Assembly (NCBI GenBank): GCA_046351595.1
Contig: JAXLYE010000004.1
Coordinates: 904,255 to 968,254, forward strand
Direction: 5' to 3'
DNA from: Polyangia bacterium
GTDB taxonomy: Bacteria > Myxococcota_A > Polyangia > Palsa-1104 > JAEUJZ01
Length of the DNA stretch: 64,000 bases
Shown here piece after piece: positions 7,983 to 18,621 of the stretch. Within the stretch, counting starts at the first letter, position 1, and each line of letters begins with the position of its first letter. Made by a program: the position numbers and the translations under genes. The notes under the pieces are model-generated. The model was not told the origin of the DNA, made no database searches, and saw only the letters and a list, made by a program, of their open reading frames with translations.

Positions 7983-9476
7983 ATGCAGGTTGTTGCAAGT
8001 GGGCGGCTCGGGCCCGGTGGACACGCGCTTCGCGGCAGGGACAAGGACCGGGATCGGTCGCGCGGGCGGCTGCACACGGCGCTCGCGGTCGCGGCGATTT
8101 TCGCGGCGGCGGCGGCGGGCGCGCTCGGCTGCTCGGCGCCCGGGCGCGGCGGCGACAGCGACGTCAACCCAGGGCCAGGCCCGGGTCCGGGCAAGAGCGA
8201 CATGGCCCAGAACCTGCCGCCGTGCGTCGGCCTGGGCTGCAAGATCGCCCAGTGCCCGCCGACCGGCAGCGACACCATCCTCGCCGGCCGCGTCACCGCG
8301 CCCAACGGCGTCGACCCGATCCGCGAGGCCATCGTCTACGTCCCGTCGATGGGCGTGCCCGACGAGTTCCCGGCCGAGGTCGCGTGCGAGGTCTGCAACA
8401 ACCCGGTCGGCGGCCGCCCGGTCGCCCAGACCCTCACCGACATCGACGGCAACTTCGAGCTGCGCCGCGTCCCGGTCACCGACGCCACGCCGATCGTCAT
8501 CCAGAAGGGCCGCTGGCGCAAGGTCATCACCGTGCCGGTGCAGAAGTGCGAGCGCCAGGCCCTCAGCGAAGACGAGACGCGGCTGCCGCGGGTCAAGGCC
8601 GAGGGCAACATCCCGCGCATGGCCATGGCCGTCGGGCAGTGGGACGCCATCGAGTGCGTGATGCGCCACATCGGCATCAAGGACGAGGAGTTCACCGCCC
8701 CCAACGGCGGCGGCGCCGTGCACCTTTATAACAACCGCAGCGACGGCATCGGCGCGCCCGGCGGCGCCGGCATCAGCGGCCTCTTGTCCGATCTCAAGAA
8801 GATGCTGCAGTACAACCTCATCTTCCTGAACTGCAGCGACGACACCTACTCGTCCGATCTGCTGCGCGACCCGACCGTGGTGAAGAACCTGCACGACTAT
8901 GTCGCGCGCGGCGGCCGCCTGTATGTGACCGACTGGTCATACGACTTCATCGGCCAGGTCCCCGAGTTCGCGCCGTACATCTGCTTCAACGACGACAAGC
9001 CGTGCACCTACCAAAAGCCGCACGGGCGCTACAGCGCCACCGACGCCTTCCGCACCGCCAACTTCAGCAGCCCGCTCAGCGCCGAGATCGACCAGAGCAC
9101 CGAGGCCGGCCGCAACCTGGCGACGTGGATGTCCAAGCTCAAGAAGCCCTCGCCCGGCGGCCGCGTCGCCATCTACGACGACGTCGGCTCGTGGGTGATG
9201 ATGCGCCAGACCGCCGACGATCAGATGCAGTACGCCTCGACGACCTGGCTGTCCGGCACGGTCAGCGGCATGAAGCGGCCGCTCACCGTCAGCTTCGACT
9301 ACCCGGCGGCGCCGCTGTCGTGCGGCAAGGTCCTGTACTCGTCGTATCACACGCGCGAGCACGAGGCCGCCCAGGCCTTCCCGCGCTACTGCGCCAAGGG
9401 CGACATGCTGGCGCAGGAGCAGGTCCTTGAGTACCTGATCTTCGAGATCAGCTCGTGCGTCGGGCCGATTGGCTGA
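7983..9476 (+). CDS. Cys-rich secreted lipoprotein with an N-terminal carboxypeptidase-regulatory-like (CarboxypepD_reg) beta-sandwich; function unknown
   Basis: ATG 7983 is preceded by GAGGAGG. The signal peptide ends in a LGC lipobox (LAVAAIFAAAAAGALGCSAP). The region ILAGRVTAPNGVDPIREAIVYVPS...DIDGNFELRRV is CarboxypepD_reg-like. There are at least 14 Cys residues. ORF 7065..9476 trimmed to the RBS-supported start. Confidence 0.6.
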   Translation: MQVVASGRLGPGGHALRGRDKDRDRSRGRLHTALAVAAIFAAAAAGALGCSAPGRGGDSDVNPGPGPGPGKSDMAQNLPPCVGLGCKIAQCPPTGSDTILAGRVTAPNGVDPIREAIVYVPSMGVPDEFPAEVACEVCNNPVGGRPVAQTLTDIDGNFELRRVPVTDATPIVIQKGRWRKVITVPVQKCERQALSEDETRLPRVKAEGNIPRMAMAVGQWDAIECVMRHIGIKDEEFTAPNGGGAVHLYNNRSDGIGAPGGAGISGLLSDLKKMLQYNLIFLNCSDDTYSSDLLRDPTVVKNLHDYVARGGRLYVTDWSYDFIGQVPEFAPYICFNDDKPCTYQKPHGRYSATDAFRTANFSSPLSAEIDQSTEAGRNLATWMSKLKKPSPGGRVAIYDDVGSWVMMRQTADDQMQYASTTWLSGTVSGMKRPLTVSFDYPAAPLSCGKVLYSSYHTREHEAAQAFPRYCAKGDMLAQEQVLEYLIFEISSCVGPIG

Positions 9477-9614
9477 CAGGCCGGTCCGATTCGCCGCGAG
9501 CAGATCCGTTGATGTTGATGCTGAGCTGTTGCGCGCAGGCGCCCAAGTCGTGCAGACTGCGCGCCACTTTCGTGCCGCGGGTTTGGTTCCGCCGGCATCC
9601 GTAAGACAAAAGCC

Positions 9615-10682
9615 ATGCTCAGCGCTCTCTCTTCTCCCGTCGACAACGCGATCATCGCTCGCCTGCGTGCGGCCGAGCAGCACGGGCCCGGGCCTGGCCG
9701 CCTGGCCGCGCTGCTCGGGCTGGTCGCCGACGCCATGGCCCTGTGCGAGGCGCGGCTGCCCGACATCCTGGGCAGCGGCGGCCCGGCCGACGTGCGGGCC
9801 GCGGCGCTGCACCTGCTCTCGGCCGGCGGCAAGCGCGTGCGGCCGCTGCTGTTGGCGCTGTCGGCGCGCGCCTGCCGGCCCGAGTCGCCGCCGCGCCTGC
9901 CGCCGCTGGCGGCGCTGATGGCCGCGGCCGAGCTCACGCACACCGCGACGCTGCTCCACGACGACGTCATCGACGTCTCCGCGGTGCGGCGCGGCCTGCC
10001 GACGGCGCGCATGCGCTGGGGCAACGCCGTCTCGGTCCTGGCCGGGGACTACGTGCTGACGCGCGCGCTCGAGGAGGTCGAGCAGGCCGCGGTGCCGGGC
10101 GCGATGCCGGCGCTCTTGTCGACCATCCGCGCGATGATCGCGGGCGAGGCGCTGCAGCTGTCGCTGCGCGGCCGGGCCGACGTGCAGATCCGCGACTACG
10201 AGCAGGTCGTCGACGGCAAGACCGCGGCGCTGTTCGCCTTCTGCGGCCGCGCCGGGGCGCTGGCGGTCGGCACCGCCGAGCACGGCGCCGTGCTCGCGGA
10301 CTACGCCGGTCACCTCGGCCGCGCCTTCCAGATCGTCGACGACGTGCTCGACATCGACGGCGACCCCGAGGCGATCGGCAAGTCGGTGCTCAGCGACGTG
10401 CACGAGGGCAAGCTGACGCTGCCGGTGCTCATGGCGCTGGAGGCCCGCCCGTCGCTGCGCGAGCCCCTGCGCGGCGCCGCGCTGCGCGACGACGGCATGC
10501 CCGAGCCGCTGCTCAACCGCCTGCGCGACGCGCTCGCCGACTCGGACGCGCCCCGCCGCGCCCGCGCCGTCGCCGCCGCCGAGGCCGAGGAGGGCTGCGC
10601 CCTCTTGCACCGCCTGCCGAGCAGCCCCTACCGCGACGCCCTGTGGCTGGTCGCGGACGAGCTGGTCCAGCGCAACCGCTAG
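9615..10682 (+). CDS. trans-polyprenyl diphosphate synthase (GGPP/octaprenyl-type)
   Basis: Both aspartate-rich motifs are present: LLHDDVID and FQIVDDVLD. Also GKRVRPLL. Confidence 0.85.
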   Translation: MLSALSSPVDNAIIARLRAAEQHGPGPGRLAALLGLVADAMALCEARLPDILGSGGPADVRAAALHLLSAGGKRVRPLLLALSARACRPESPPRLPPLAALMAAAELTHTATLLHDDVIDVSAVRRGLPTARMRWGNAVSVLAGDYVLTRALEEVEQAAVPGAMPALLSTIRAMIAGEALQLSLRGRADVQIRDYEQVVDGKTAALFAFCGRAGALAVGTAEHGAVLADYAGHLGRAFQIVDDVLDIDGDPEAIGKSVLSDVHEGKLTLPVLMALEARPSLREPLRGAALRDDGMPEPLLNRLRDALADSDAPRRARAVAAAEAEEGCALLHRLPSSPYRDALWLVADELVQRNR

Positions 10683-10733
10683 CCGCGCGACCCGGCAGAC
10701 CTCAGGGTCCGCGGCGCTGACCCCGGGAGCCAT

Positions 10734-10817
10734 GGCGCTGGCCCTGGGGTCGATGGCGCTGGCCCTGGGGTCGGTGGCGCTGGCCCTGGGGTCGGTGGCG
10801 CTGGCCCCGGGCCCGCT
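10734..10817. repeat. 21-bp tandem repeat of about 4 copies (ggcgctggccctggggtcg[a/g]t) in the leader of the Ser/Thr kinase gene
   Basis: Read directly: three near-perfect copies and one degenerate copy, 90 bp upstream of ATG 10908. Confidence 0.85.
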
Positions 10818-10907
10818 GCGCGCGCCTCCCGGCCCGGTCCGCTTCCGCCGCGGCGGGCCTGGCGGCTTCCTTTCCTGCGACGGTGCGGCTATCCTGCTGC
10901 CAGCACG

Positions 10908-12659
<1,752 letters not shown>

Positions 12660-12717
12660 TCTCAACGCCCCACGCCGCGGCCCTGCCGCGACTGCCGGGA
12701 TTTGCTATACAGGCGGC

Positions 12718-13818
12718 ATGAGCCCCGCCTTGTCTCCGCCCGCTCGCCGCGCCGCCGCCCGCCCGCTCGGGCGCCTCGTCCTGGTTCTTGTGCCGCTCGG
12801 CCTCGCGCTGCTGGCGCCGCGCTCCGGGCGCTGCGAGGGCAACCCGGCCGGCCTTGCGCGGCTGCGCGCGGTGCTCGCGGCGGGGCAGGCGGGCGCGCTG
12901 CGGCTGGCCTGGACGCAGGGCGCGGACGGCGCGGTGAAGCGGCTTCTGATCGAGGGCGGCCAGGCGCGGCTCGAGCGCTGCGCGCCCGACTGCGCCCAGG
13001 TGGGCGCCCCGCACCCGCTGACCGCCGGCGAGCAGGCCGTGATCCTGTCGGGGCTGCGGTCGCTCGAGCTCGACTCGCTGCGCAGCTCGGACGAGGCGGC
13101 GCTCGCGGATCGTACGCTCGAGCTCGCGGTCGCGGGCACCGAGGTCGGGCGCTGGCAGCGCGCGCGCTCGGACTGGCCGGCGCCGCCGAGCCCGAGCGGC
13201 GAGGGGCTGCAGCCGGCGCTCGACGAGCTGCTCGGCCGCATCGAGCGCGCCGCGAGCGCGCGCCGCCCCGTCGCCATCCCCCAGACCGCGGCGGAGCTGT
13301 CGGGCCTGCGCCTGAAGCTGCAGCTCAGCCCCAGCCGCCAGCCGGGCGGCCTGGTCATCGTCGAGGCCGGGCGCGTCCATGTCATCCCCGAGGAGGGCAG
13401 CCTGGCGCGCGTGCCGCGCCCGCGTGAGCACGAGCGGCCGCTGGCCCCCGAAGAAGAGGCGCGCATCCTGGCCGGGCTCAAGGCCATCGACTGGGAGCGC
13501 ATCGATACGCAGGTGCCGCGGCGCGCGCAGCCGGCCATCGGCGACGACGACGGCCGCCTGGCGACGCTGCACCTGTTGCCGGCGGAGCGCGAGGCCGCGC
13601 CGGCCGCCGGGCGCAAGCTCGGCAGCGGCGGCAGCACCCCGGCCCAACAGGCGGCGGAGCAGCCGCGCGGCCTCAAGCGCTACGTCGCGGATCTGCAGCG
13701 CTCGGCGGCGGCGCCGCTCATCAGCCAGCTCGTCTCGATGCTGACGGCCCAGGCGTCTACGGCGGGCGCGGCGGGCGGTGCGGGCGCTGTCGCTCGGCCG
13801 CAGCGCGGCGCAAAGTAG
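12718..13818 (+). CDS. secreted hypothetical protein (signal peptide), co-oriented directly after the kinase
   Basis: ORF 12379..13818 trimmed to ATG 12718 (MSPALSPPARRAAARPLGRLVLVLVPLGLALLAP). No recognisable domain. Confidence 0.5.
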   Translation: MSPALSPPARRAAARPLGRLVLVLVPLGLALLAPRSGRCEGNPAGLARLRAVLAAGQAGALRLAWTQGADGAVKRLLIEGGQARLERCAPDCAQVGAPHPLTAGEQAVILSGLRSLELDSLRSSDEAALADRTLELAVAGTEVGRWQRARSDWPAPPSPSGEGLQPALDELLGRIERAASARRPVAIPQTAAELSGLRLKLQLSPSRQPGGLVIVEAGRVHVIPEEGSLARVPRPREHERPLAPEEEARILAGLKAIDWERIDTQVPRRAQPAIGDDDGRLATLHLLPAEREAAPAAGRKLGSGGSTPAQQAAEQPRGLKRYVADLQRSAAAPLISQLVSMLTAQASTAGAAGGAGAVARPQRGAK

Positions 13819-13824
13819 GGGGAC

Positions 13825-15027
13825 ATGGCGTCGCCGACCGATCCCTTCTTCCCGTCGCCCGGTGCCGAGCTCGAGGCGGACGCCGAAGACTCCGAGGTCC
13901 CTGGGTCCGCGCCGCGCCGCGATGCGACCGGAGCGTCTCGAGTCTCTGGCGCCGCCAGCCCGGGCGGCCGGCCGGGTCGCTCTGCACGCGCACCGTCGCA
14001 GGCTCTGGTACCCGCCGGTGAGCAGGCGCTGTCCGAGCGGCCCGAGGACCGGCTGAGCCGCGTCGTCAGCACGGCGCTGGCCGAGACGCCGCGCACGCTG
14101 CCCAAGCTCGAGATGGCGCGCTCGCTCGAGGAGGCGGGGCCGCGCGCCCTGGTCTACGTCGACGAGAAGGGGCGCGTGCAGCCGCCGACGCGCTACCGCG
14201 TGGCGCTGGCCAGCCGCTACGCCGCGCTGTCCGCGGTGGTGCTGGGCGGCAGCATGCTGTACGGGCAGATGTTCGGGCCGCTGTGGGGCATCGGCCTCCT
14301 GCTCAGCCTCTCGGCGCTGATCGCGGGCCTGCTTTCGCGTGAGATGTTCGCGACGCGCCTTCTCAACCAGGCCGTGGCGCTCTGCGCGCACGATCGCTGC
14401 GACGAGGCCGAGGTGCTGCTGCGGCGGCTCCTGTCGCGCCGCAAGCTGCCGCAGCGCCACCGCGCCCTCGGGCTGCACAACCTGGCGGTGGTGGCGTCGC
14501 GGCGCGGCGAGCACCTGGAGGCGCTGGCCTATCAGCGCGCCGCCATGCGCATCTACCAGCAGGCCTGGCCCCAAAGCCCGCACTACGTCGCCTGCCAGTA
14601 CGGCGAGGTGATGACGCTGTGCAACCTCGGCCGGCTCGACGAGGCGGCCGAGCACCTGCGGGCGCTGCCCGAGCGGCCCGACGGCGACTACCTCTTGCTC
14701 AAGTCGTGGACCGCGGATCTGTACCTGCGCTTCTGCCGCGGCGACGGGCCGCCGGACGCCGAGGCGCTGTGGGAGCGGGCCGAGCGGGCGCTGAAGATCA
14801 CCTCGGCGGTGGCGCTGCTCGGGCTGTGCAGCTGGGCGTATACGCAGGGCACGGGGGCGAGCCGCGATCTCGACATGGCGTGGCACCTTCTGCGCGAGGC
14901 GCACGGGCGCCTGGTCGAGAGCCTCGAGGAGTCGCCGGACAACCCGTCGCTGGCGCGCCTCTTGCCGCCGCTGTGGAAGTGGATGGTCGAGCACCGCGCC
15001 GAGGCGGCCAAGGCCAGCGAGCCGTAG
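13825..15027 (+). CDS. membrane protein with a C-terminal TPR-like helical region; hypothetical
   Basis: 400 aa. Two predicted TM helices (AALSAVVLGGSMLYGQMF / LWGIGLLLSLSALIAGLL). Starts 7 nt after the previous stop. The C-terminus is helical and repeat-like. Confidence 0.55.
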   Translation: MASPTDPFFPSPGAELEADAEDSEVPGSAPRRDATGASRVSGAASPGGRPGRSARAPSQALVPAGEQALSERPEDRLSRVVSTALAETPRTLPKLEMARSLEEAGPRALVYVDEKGRVQPPTRYRVALASRYAALSAVVLGGSMLYGQMFGPLWGIGLLLSLSALIAGLLSREMFATRLLNQAVALCAHDRCDEAEVLLRRLLSRRKLPQRHRALGLHNLAVVASRRGEHLEALAYQRAAMRIYQQAWPQSPHYVACQYGEVMTLCNLGRLDEAAEHLRALPERPDGDYLLLKSWTADLYLRFCRGDGPPDAEALWERAERALKITSAVALLGLCSWAYTQGTGASRDLDMAWHLLREAHGRLVESLEESPDNPSLARLLPPLWKWMVEHRAEAAKASEP

Positions 15028-15099
15028 CCGCGCGGGCCTGCGGCGCTGCGCGGGCCTGCGGTGGTGCGAGGGACTGCGGCGCTGGGCGGGCCGGCGGCG

Positions 15100-18000
15100 C
15101 TACAGCGAGATCGGCATGCCCCAGTTGAAGTGGATGCGGCCGGGGAAGTGCGAGTACCAGGGCTCGCGCTTCCAGCGGTCGGACTGCAGCAGCGGATCCT
15201 GCCCGGGCAGCGTCAGCGGGTAGGCATAGTCCAGCGACAGCGCGCCGAACTGCGTCAGCAGCCGCAGCACCGAGACGCCGACGCTGAAGCGGACGTCGTT
15301 CCAGCTCAGGCGCTCGAACTTGTCGAAGACCGAGCCGGTGTCGAGGAACAGCGCGCCGACCCACGGCCAGCCGGCGATCTTGGGCGTGATCGCAAACTCC
15401 CACTCGAGCTGCGACAAGAAGCGGATGTTGCCGCCCTGCGGGTTGACGCGGTAGGCGATGTCGCTGCCGGGCAGGGGGCTGAGCGGCGCGCGGATCTCCT
15501 CGGCCTTGAGCGCGCCGGTGTCGTAGCCGCGGGTCGAGGTGTCGCCGCCGGCGAAGAACTTCTCGACGCTGGGCAGCGCCGGCGTGAACAGCGGGTAGCC
15601 GTAGCTCAGGCGCATGTTGAGCCGGAAGTTGAAGCGGCGCATGCCGTAGTACCAGCCGTCCTCGGCGCGCAGCTCGGGGCCGAAGGGCTTGAGCCAGATC
15701 GCCTGGCCCTCGAAGCCGAGGAAGCTGCCGCGCAGCGAGAACGAGGAGGCGTCAAAGGTGCAGCACATCGCCACCGTGCCCTGCGCCGACAGGCGGAAGC
15801 CGGCGACCGGCATCAGCGGGTTGGGCGGCACCGGCCGGTTGCGCAGGCGCAGCTCGGGCGCCTCGAAGCCGACGCGGCGATCCCAGATCACGCCGAACGC
15901 CAGCTTCAGCGACTGCGTGCTGTCGCCGGCGCCGGTGACCTCGGTCGTGCCCTCGGGGCGGTACAGCGGGACGACGATCTGGCTGATGTTGAACTCGAGC
16001 CGGCCGTACAGGCGCAGCGACGGCGGCAGGCGGCGGCCCTGCTCGTCGGTGCGGGCGACGAAGCGGGTGAGCTCGGCGCGGGCGCCGTACGAGGTGACCT
16101 GGCCGATGGTGTACGTGTTCTCGTTGCGCCAGAAGCCGCTCAGGTCCAGGCGCAGAAACGGGCTGCCCAGGCGCGGCGTGGCGACGCGGGCGAGCAGGTA
16201 CTGCAGGCGCACGCCGAGCTCACCGCGCAGCTCGACCTCGGCGCCGGTGCCGAGCATGTTGCGCCAGGTGTAGCTGGCGGTGGTGAGCACCGGGTTGTCG
16301 GTCGAGACGCCGGCGTACAGCGCGAGCTCGCCGGAGTTGTCGTAGCGCTCGATGACCTCGACCAGCACCGGCACGGGGTTTCGCGACAGCGGCCAGCCCT
16401 TCTCCAGCGCCTCCAGGCGATACTCGTCGGTCTCGCCCGGCTTGGGGATGACGCGCACCGACGAGAAGATCTGGCGGCCGATGAGGTTCTGCTGGCCCTC
16501 GAGCAGCTTCTGGCTGTCGTAGGGGTCGCCGGTGCGGAAGGGCAGGTCGCGGCGGATCACGCTCTCGAGCGTGACGGCGTTGCCGCGGATGAGGATCGGG
16601 CCGAAGCGCACGAGCTCACCGGGCGTCAGCTCCCAGCGCAGCGTGACGCGGGTGTGCTCGGGGTTCCAGGTCGAGTGCGTGGGGTCGATGCCGGCGTAGG
16701 GGTGGCCGCTGGCCGAGACCAGCTCCTTGAGGCGCTGCCGCTCTTCGAGCAGGGCCTCGGCGGTGTAGGGGCTGCCGGGCTTGAGCAGCAGCACCTTGCG
16801 CACCTGCGCCTCGGTCAGCGTCGAGCCGGGGCCGACCTGCACCTCGACGCCCGCGACCGTCTCGCGGCGGCCCTCATCGACCGCGAAGCGCACGAACAGG
16901 TCGCCGGCCTCGGCGCCGTCGTCGATGACGGTCTGCGCGCCGAGCAGCGCCAGGTTGTCCAGCGCCTGCTGCGAGCGCGCCACCGAGACCTGCACGCGCG
17001 CCTCGGGAAAGCCCTGGCTGCGGTAGAAGTCGGTCAGGTGCTGCACGTCCTGCGCGAGCTGCACTGCCGAGGCGAAGCCGCCCTCGCCGAGGCCGATGGC
17101 GCCCAGGCGCGGGTAGACGCGGGTGCGGGTCTGCTCGGCGAGCTTGCCCGGCGGGAACGACAGCGGCTTGCTCGAGGCGCCGGGCAGGAAGTCCACGGCC
17201 CGCACCTTGAGCTGCGGCCCCTCGTGGATGACAAACTCCACCTCGAGCGGATCGCCGCCCTGCTTCTTCCAGCGCCAGCGCACGCGCGCCTCGAGGAAGC
17301 CGCGCTGCTGGTAGACGCGGTAGATGTTGCGCGCGCTCTCGTCGAGCTCGGCGGCGCTGTAGTAGTTGTTCTTGAAGATGGTGACGGCGCCGCGCAGGTC
17401 GCCCTCCGAGACGGCGCGCCGGCCCGCGAACGACAGGACGATGCGCTTCTTCTCCTCCATCTCGAAGCTGATGTTGACGTGGCGGCGCTTGGGGTCGGGC
17501 GTGATGTCGCGGCGCAGCACGCGCGCGCCGGCGTAGCCCTTGCCCTGGTAGTAGTCGAGCAGGCGCTTGAAGTCCTCGTTGATGCGCTCGGTCGAGGTGC
17601 GGCCGACCCACAGGCAGCAGTGATCGAAGAAGTCGACGAGCTCGCGGTGGCTGAGCAGCGACACGCCCTGCGCCCGCACCTCGCCGACGTTGTAGCGCAG
17701 TCGCCAGAAGCCGACGTTGAGGCTGATGCTGACGCGGACGTCGACCTGCTCGGGGCTGTCGGGCTCCCACGCCAGCTGGAACGCGGCGGTGGCGTCGTAA
17801 TAGCCGCTGCGGTTCAGGAACGACACCAGCTCGCGCTCCTGGCGGCGGATGTCCTCGAACAGCGCGTCGCCCTCGGGCAGGCGGTAGCCGGTGCGCCAGG
17901 TCAGGTAGCTGAGGATCTCCCACTCGAAGATGGGCCAGTTGCCGGTGACGTAGAGCCTGCGCACCACGCGCATCGGCCGCACGCTGATGACCAGGGTGCC

Positions 18001-18405
18001 GCCCTCGAGCGAGATGTCGGCCTGGTAGGCGAGCGCGTCGAGGTCGTGCCGCACCCGGCTCTGCAGCTGATCGTCCCAGACCGTCGGCGAGCGGATGTCG
18101 AGGAAGCGCAGCACACGCTCGGTCGAGTCGCCGCGGGCGAGCTTGCCGCCGAGGCGGACGGCGCTGATCACAGGCGGCGCCGGGGCCGCGGACGGGGCGA
18201 CGCTGCGCTCGGCCGCGCTCTCGTGCGGGCTGGTCGGCTGGCTCTCGGGCTGCGGGCTCGTGGCCGCGGGCGCGGGCGCAGGTCCCGGCGCCGGCGTCAG
18301 CGCGGGCGGCGGCGGGCTCGTCGACGCAGGAGGAGGCGGCGGCACCGACTGCGCCGCCACCGGCCCGGTGCTCAGCGACGCGAGCACGGCGAGCAGCCCG
18401 AGCAT
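15100..18405 (-). CDS. bamA: Omp85/BamA-family outer-membrane protein with multiple POTRA-like repeats and a Pro-rich N-terminal linker
   Basis: ORF 15100..18585. The signal peptide MLGLLAVLASLSTGPVAAQS is at Met 18405. The C-terminal barrel carries the Omp85 motif FAGGDTSTRGYDTGAL and ends in aromatic residues. A PPPPPASTSPPPPALTPAPGPAPAPA linker is present. Confidence 0.75.
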   Translation of the reverse strand: MLGLLAVLASLSTGPVAAQSVPPPPPASTSPPPPALTPAPGPAPAPAATSPQPESQPTSPHESAAERSVAPSAAPAPPVISAVRLGGKLARGDSTERVLRFLDIRSPTVWDDQLQSRVRHDLDALAYQADISLEGGTLVISVRPMRVVRRLYVTGNWPIFEWEILSYLTWRTGYRLPEGDALFEDIRRQERELVSFLNRSGYYDATAAFQLAWEPDSPEQVDVRVSISLNVGFWRLRYNVGEVRAQGVSLLSHRELVDFFDHCCLWVGRTSTERINEDFKRLLDYYQGKGYAGARVLRRDITPDPKRRHVNISFEMEEKKRIVLSFAGRRAVSEGDLRGAVTIFKNNYYSAAELDESARNIYRVYQQRGFLEARVRWRWKKQGGDPLEVEFVIHEGPQLKVRAVDFLPGASSKPLSFPPGKLAEQTRTRVYPRLGAIGLGEGGFASAVQLAQDVQHLTDFYRSQGFPEARVQVSVARSQQALDNLALLGAQTVIDDGAEAGDLFVRFAVDEGRRETVAGVEVQVGPGSTLTEAQVRKVLLLKPGSPYTAEALLEERQRLKELVSASGHPYAGIDPTHSTWNPEHTRVTLRWELTPGELVRFGPILIRGNAVTLESVIRRDLPFRTGDPYDSQKLLEGQQNLIGRQIFSSVRVIPKPGETDEYRLEALEKGWPLSRNPVPVLVEVIERYDNSGELALYAGVSTDNPVLTTASYTWRNMLGTGAEVELRGELGVRLQYLLARVATPRLGSPFLRLDLSGFWRNENTYTIGQVTSYGARAELTRFVARTDEQGRRLPPSLRLYGRLEFNISQIVVPLYRPEGTTEVTGAGDSTQSLKLAFGVIWDRRVGFEAPELRLRNRPVPPNPLMPVAGFRLSAQGTVAMCCTFDASSFSLRGSFLGFEGQAIWLKPFGPELRAEDGWYYGMRRFNFRLNMRLSYGYPLFTPALPSVEKFFAGGDTSTRGYDTGALKAEEIRAPLSPLPGSDIAYRVNPQGGNIRFLSQLEWEFAITPKIAGWPWVGALFLDTGSVFDKFERLSWNDVRFSVGVSVLRLLTQFGALSLDYAYPLTLPGQDPLLQSDRWKREPWYSHFPGRIHFNWGMPISL

Positions 18406-18464
18406 GCGCAGCACGTTAAAGCGAACCAGACCGTAGCCGCGAGATCGCGGTCTGTGACGCAGTT

Positions 18465-18521
18465 CCCGAGGAGACGGGGGTCGGGCTGCGGCCGCAACAA
18501 GCCCCGACCCGGGCTCCTCGG
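18465..18521. promoter_or_regulatory. 57-nt imperfect nested hairpin (CCGAGGAG-ACGG-GGGTCGGG ... GCCCCGACCC-GGG-CTCCTCGG) in the divergent bamA / coiled-coil-gene intergenic region
   Basis: Inverted repeats read directly. There is no T-tract, so it is not a classic terminator. Confidence 0.4.
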
Positions 18522-18621
18522 AGACCGGGCTCTCCCGACGAGAGAGTGCGCTTGCTGGGCGTATCTGGACTATGATAGAAAGCACTGGTCAATTGCCCGC
18601 TCAGTATAGGAGATCTTCGGA

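Noticed and set aside
5286-8894. 1202-aa minus-strand ORF
   Set aside because: It overlaps the MMPL gene and the lipoprotein gene in a different frame. The product is Arg/Gly/Ala low-complexity. It is not coding.
8937-10733. 598-aa minus-strand ORF
   Set aside because: It is antisense to the lipoprotein and polyprenyl synthase genes, which have clear motifs. The product is low-complexity.
15061-18609. 1182-aa plus-strand ORF
   Set aside because: It is antisense to the Omp85/BamA gene, which has a signal peptide, POTRA repeats and an Omp85 C-terminal motif. The product is Ala/Arg/Gly low-complexity.
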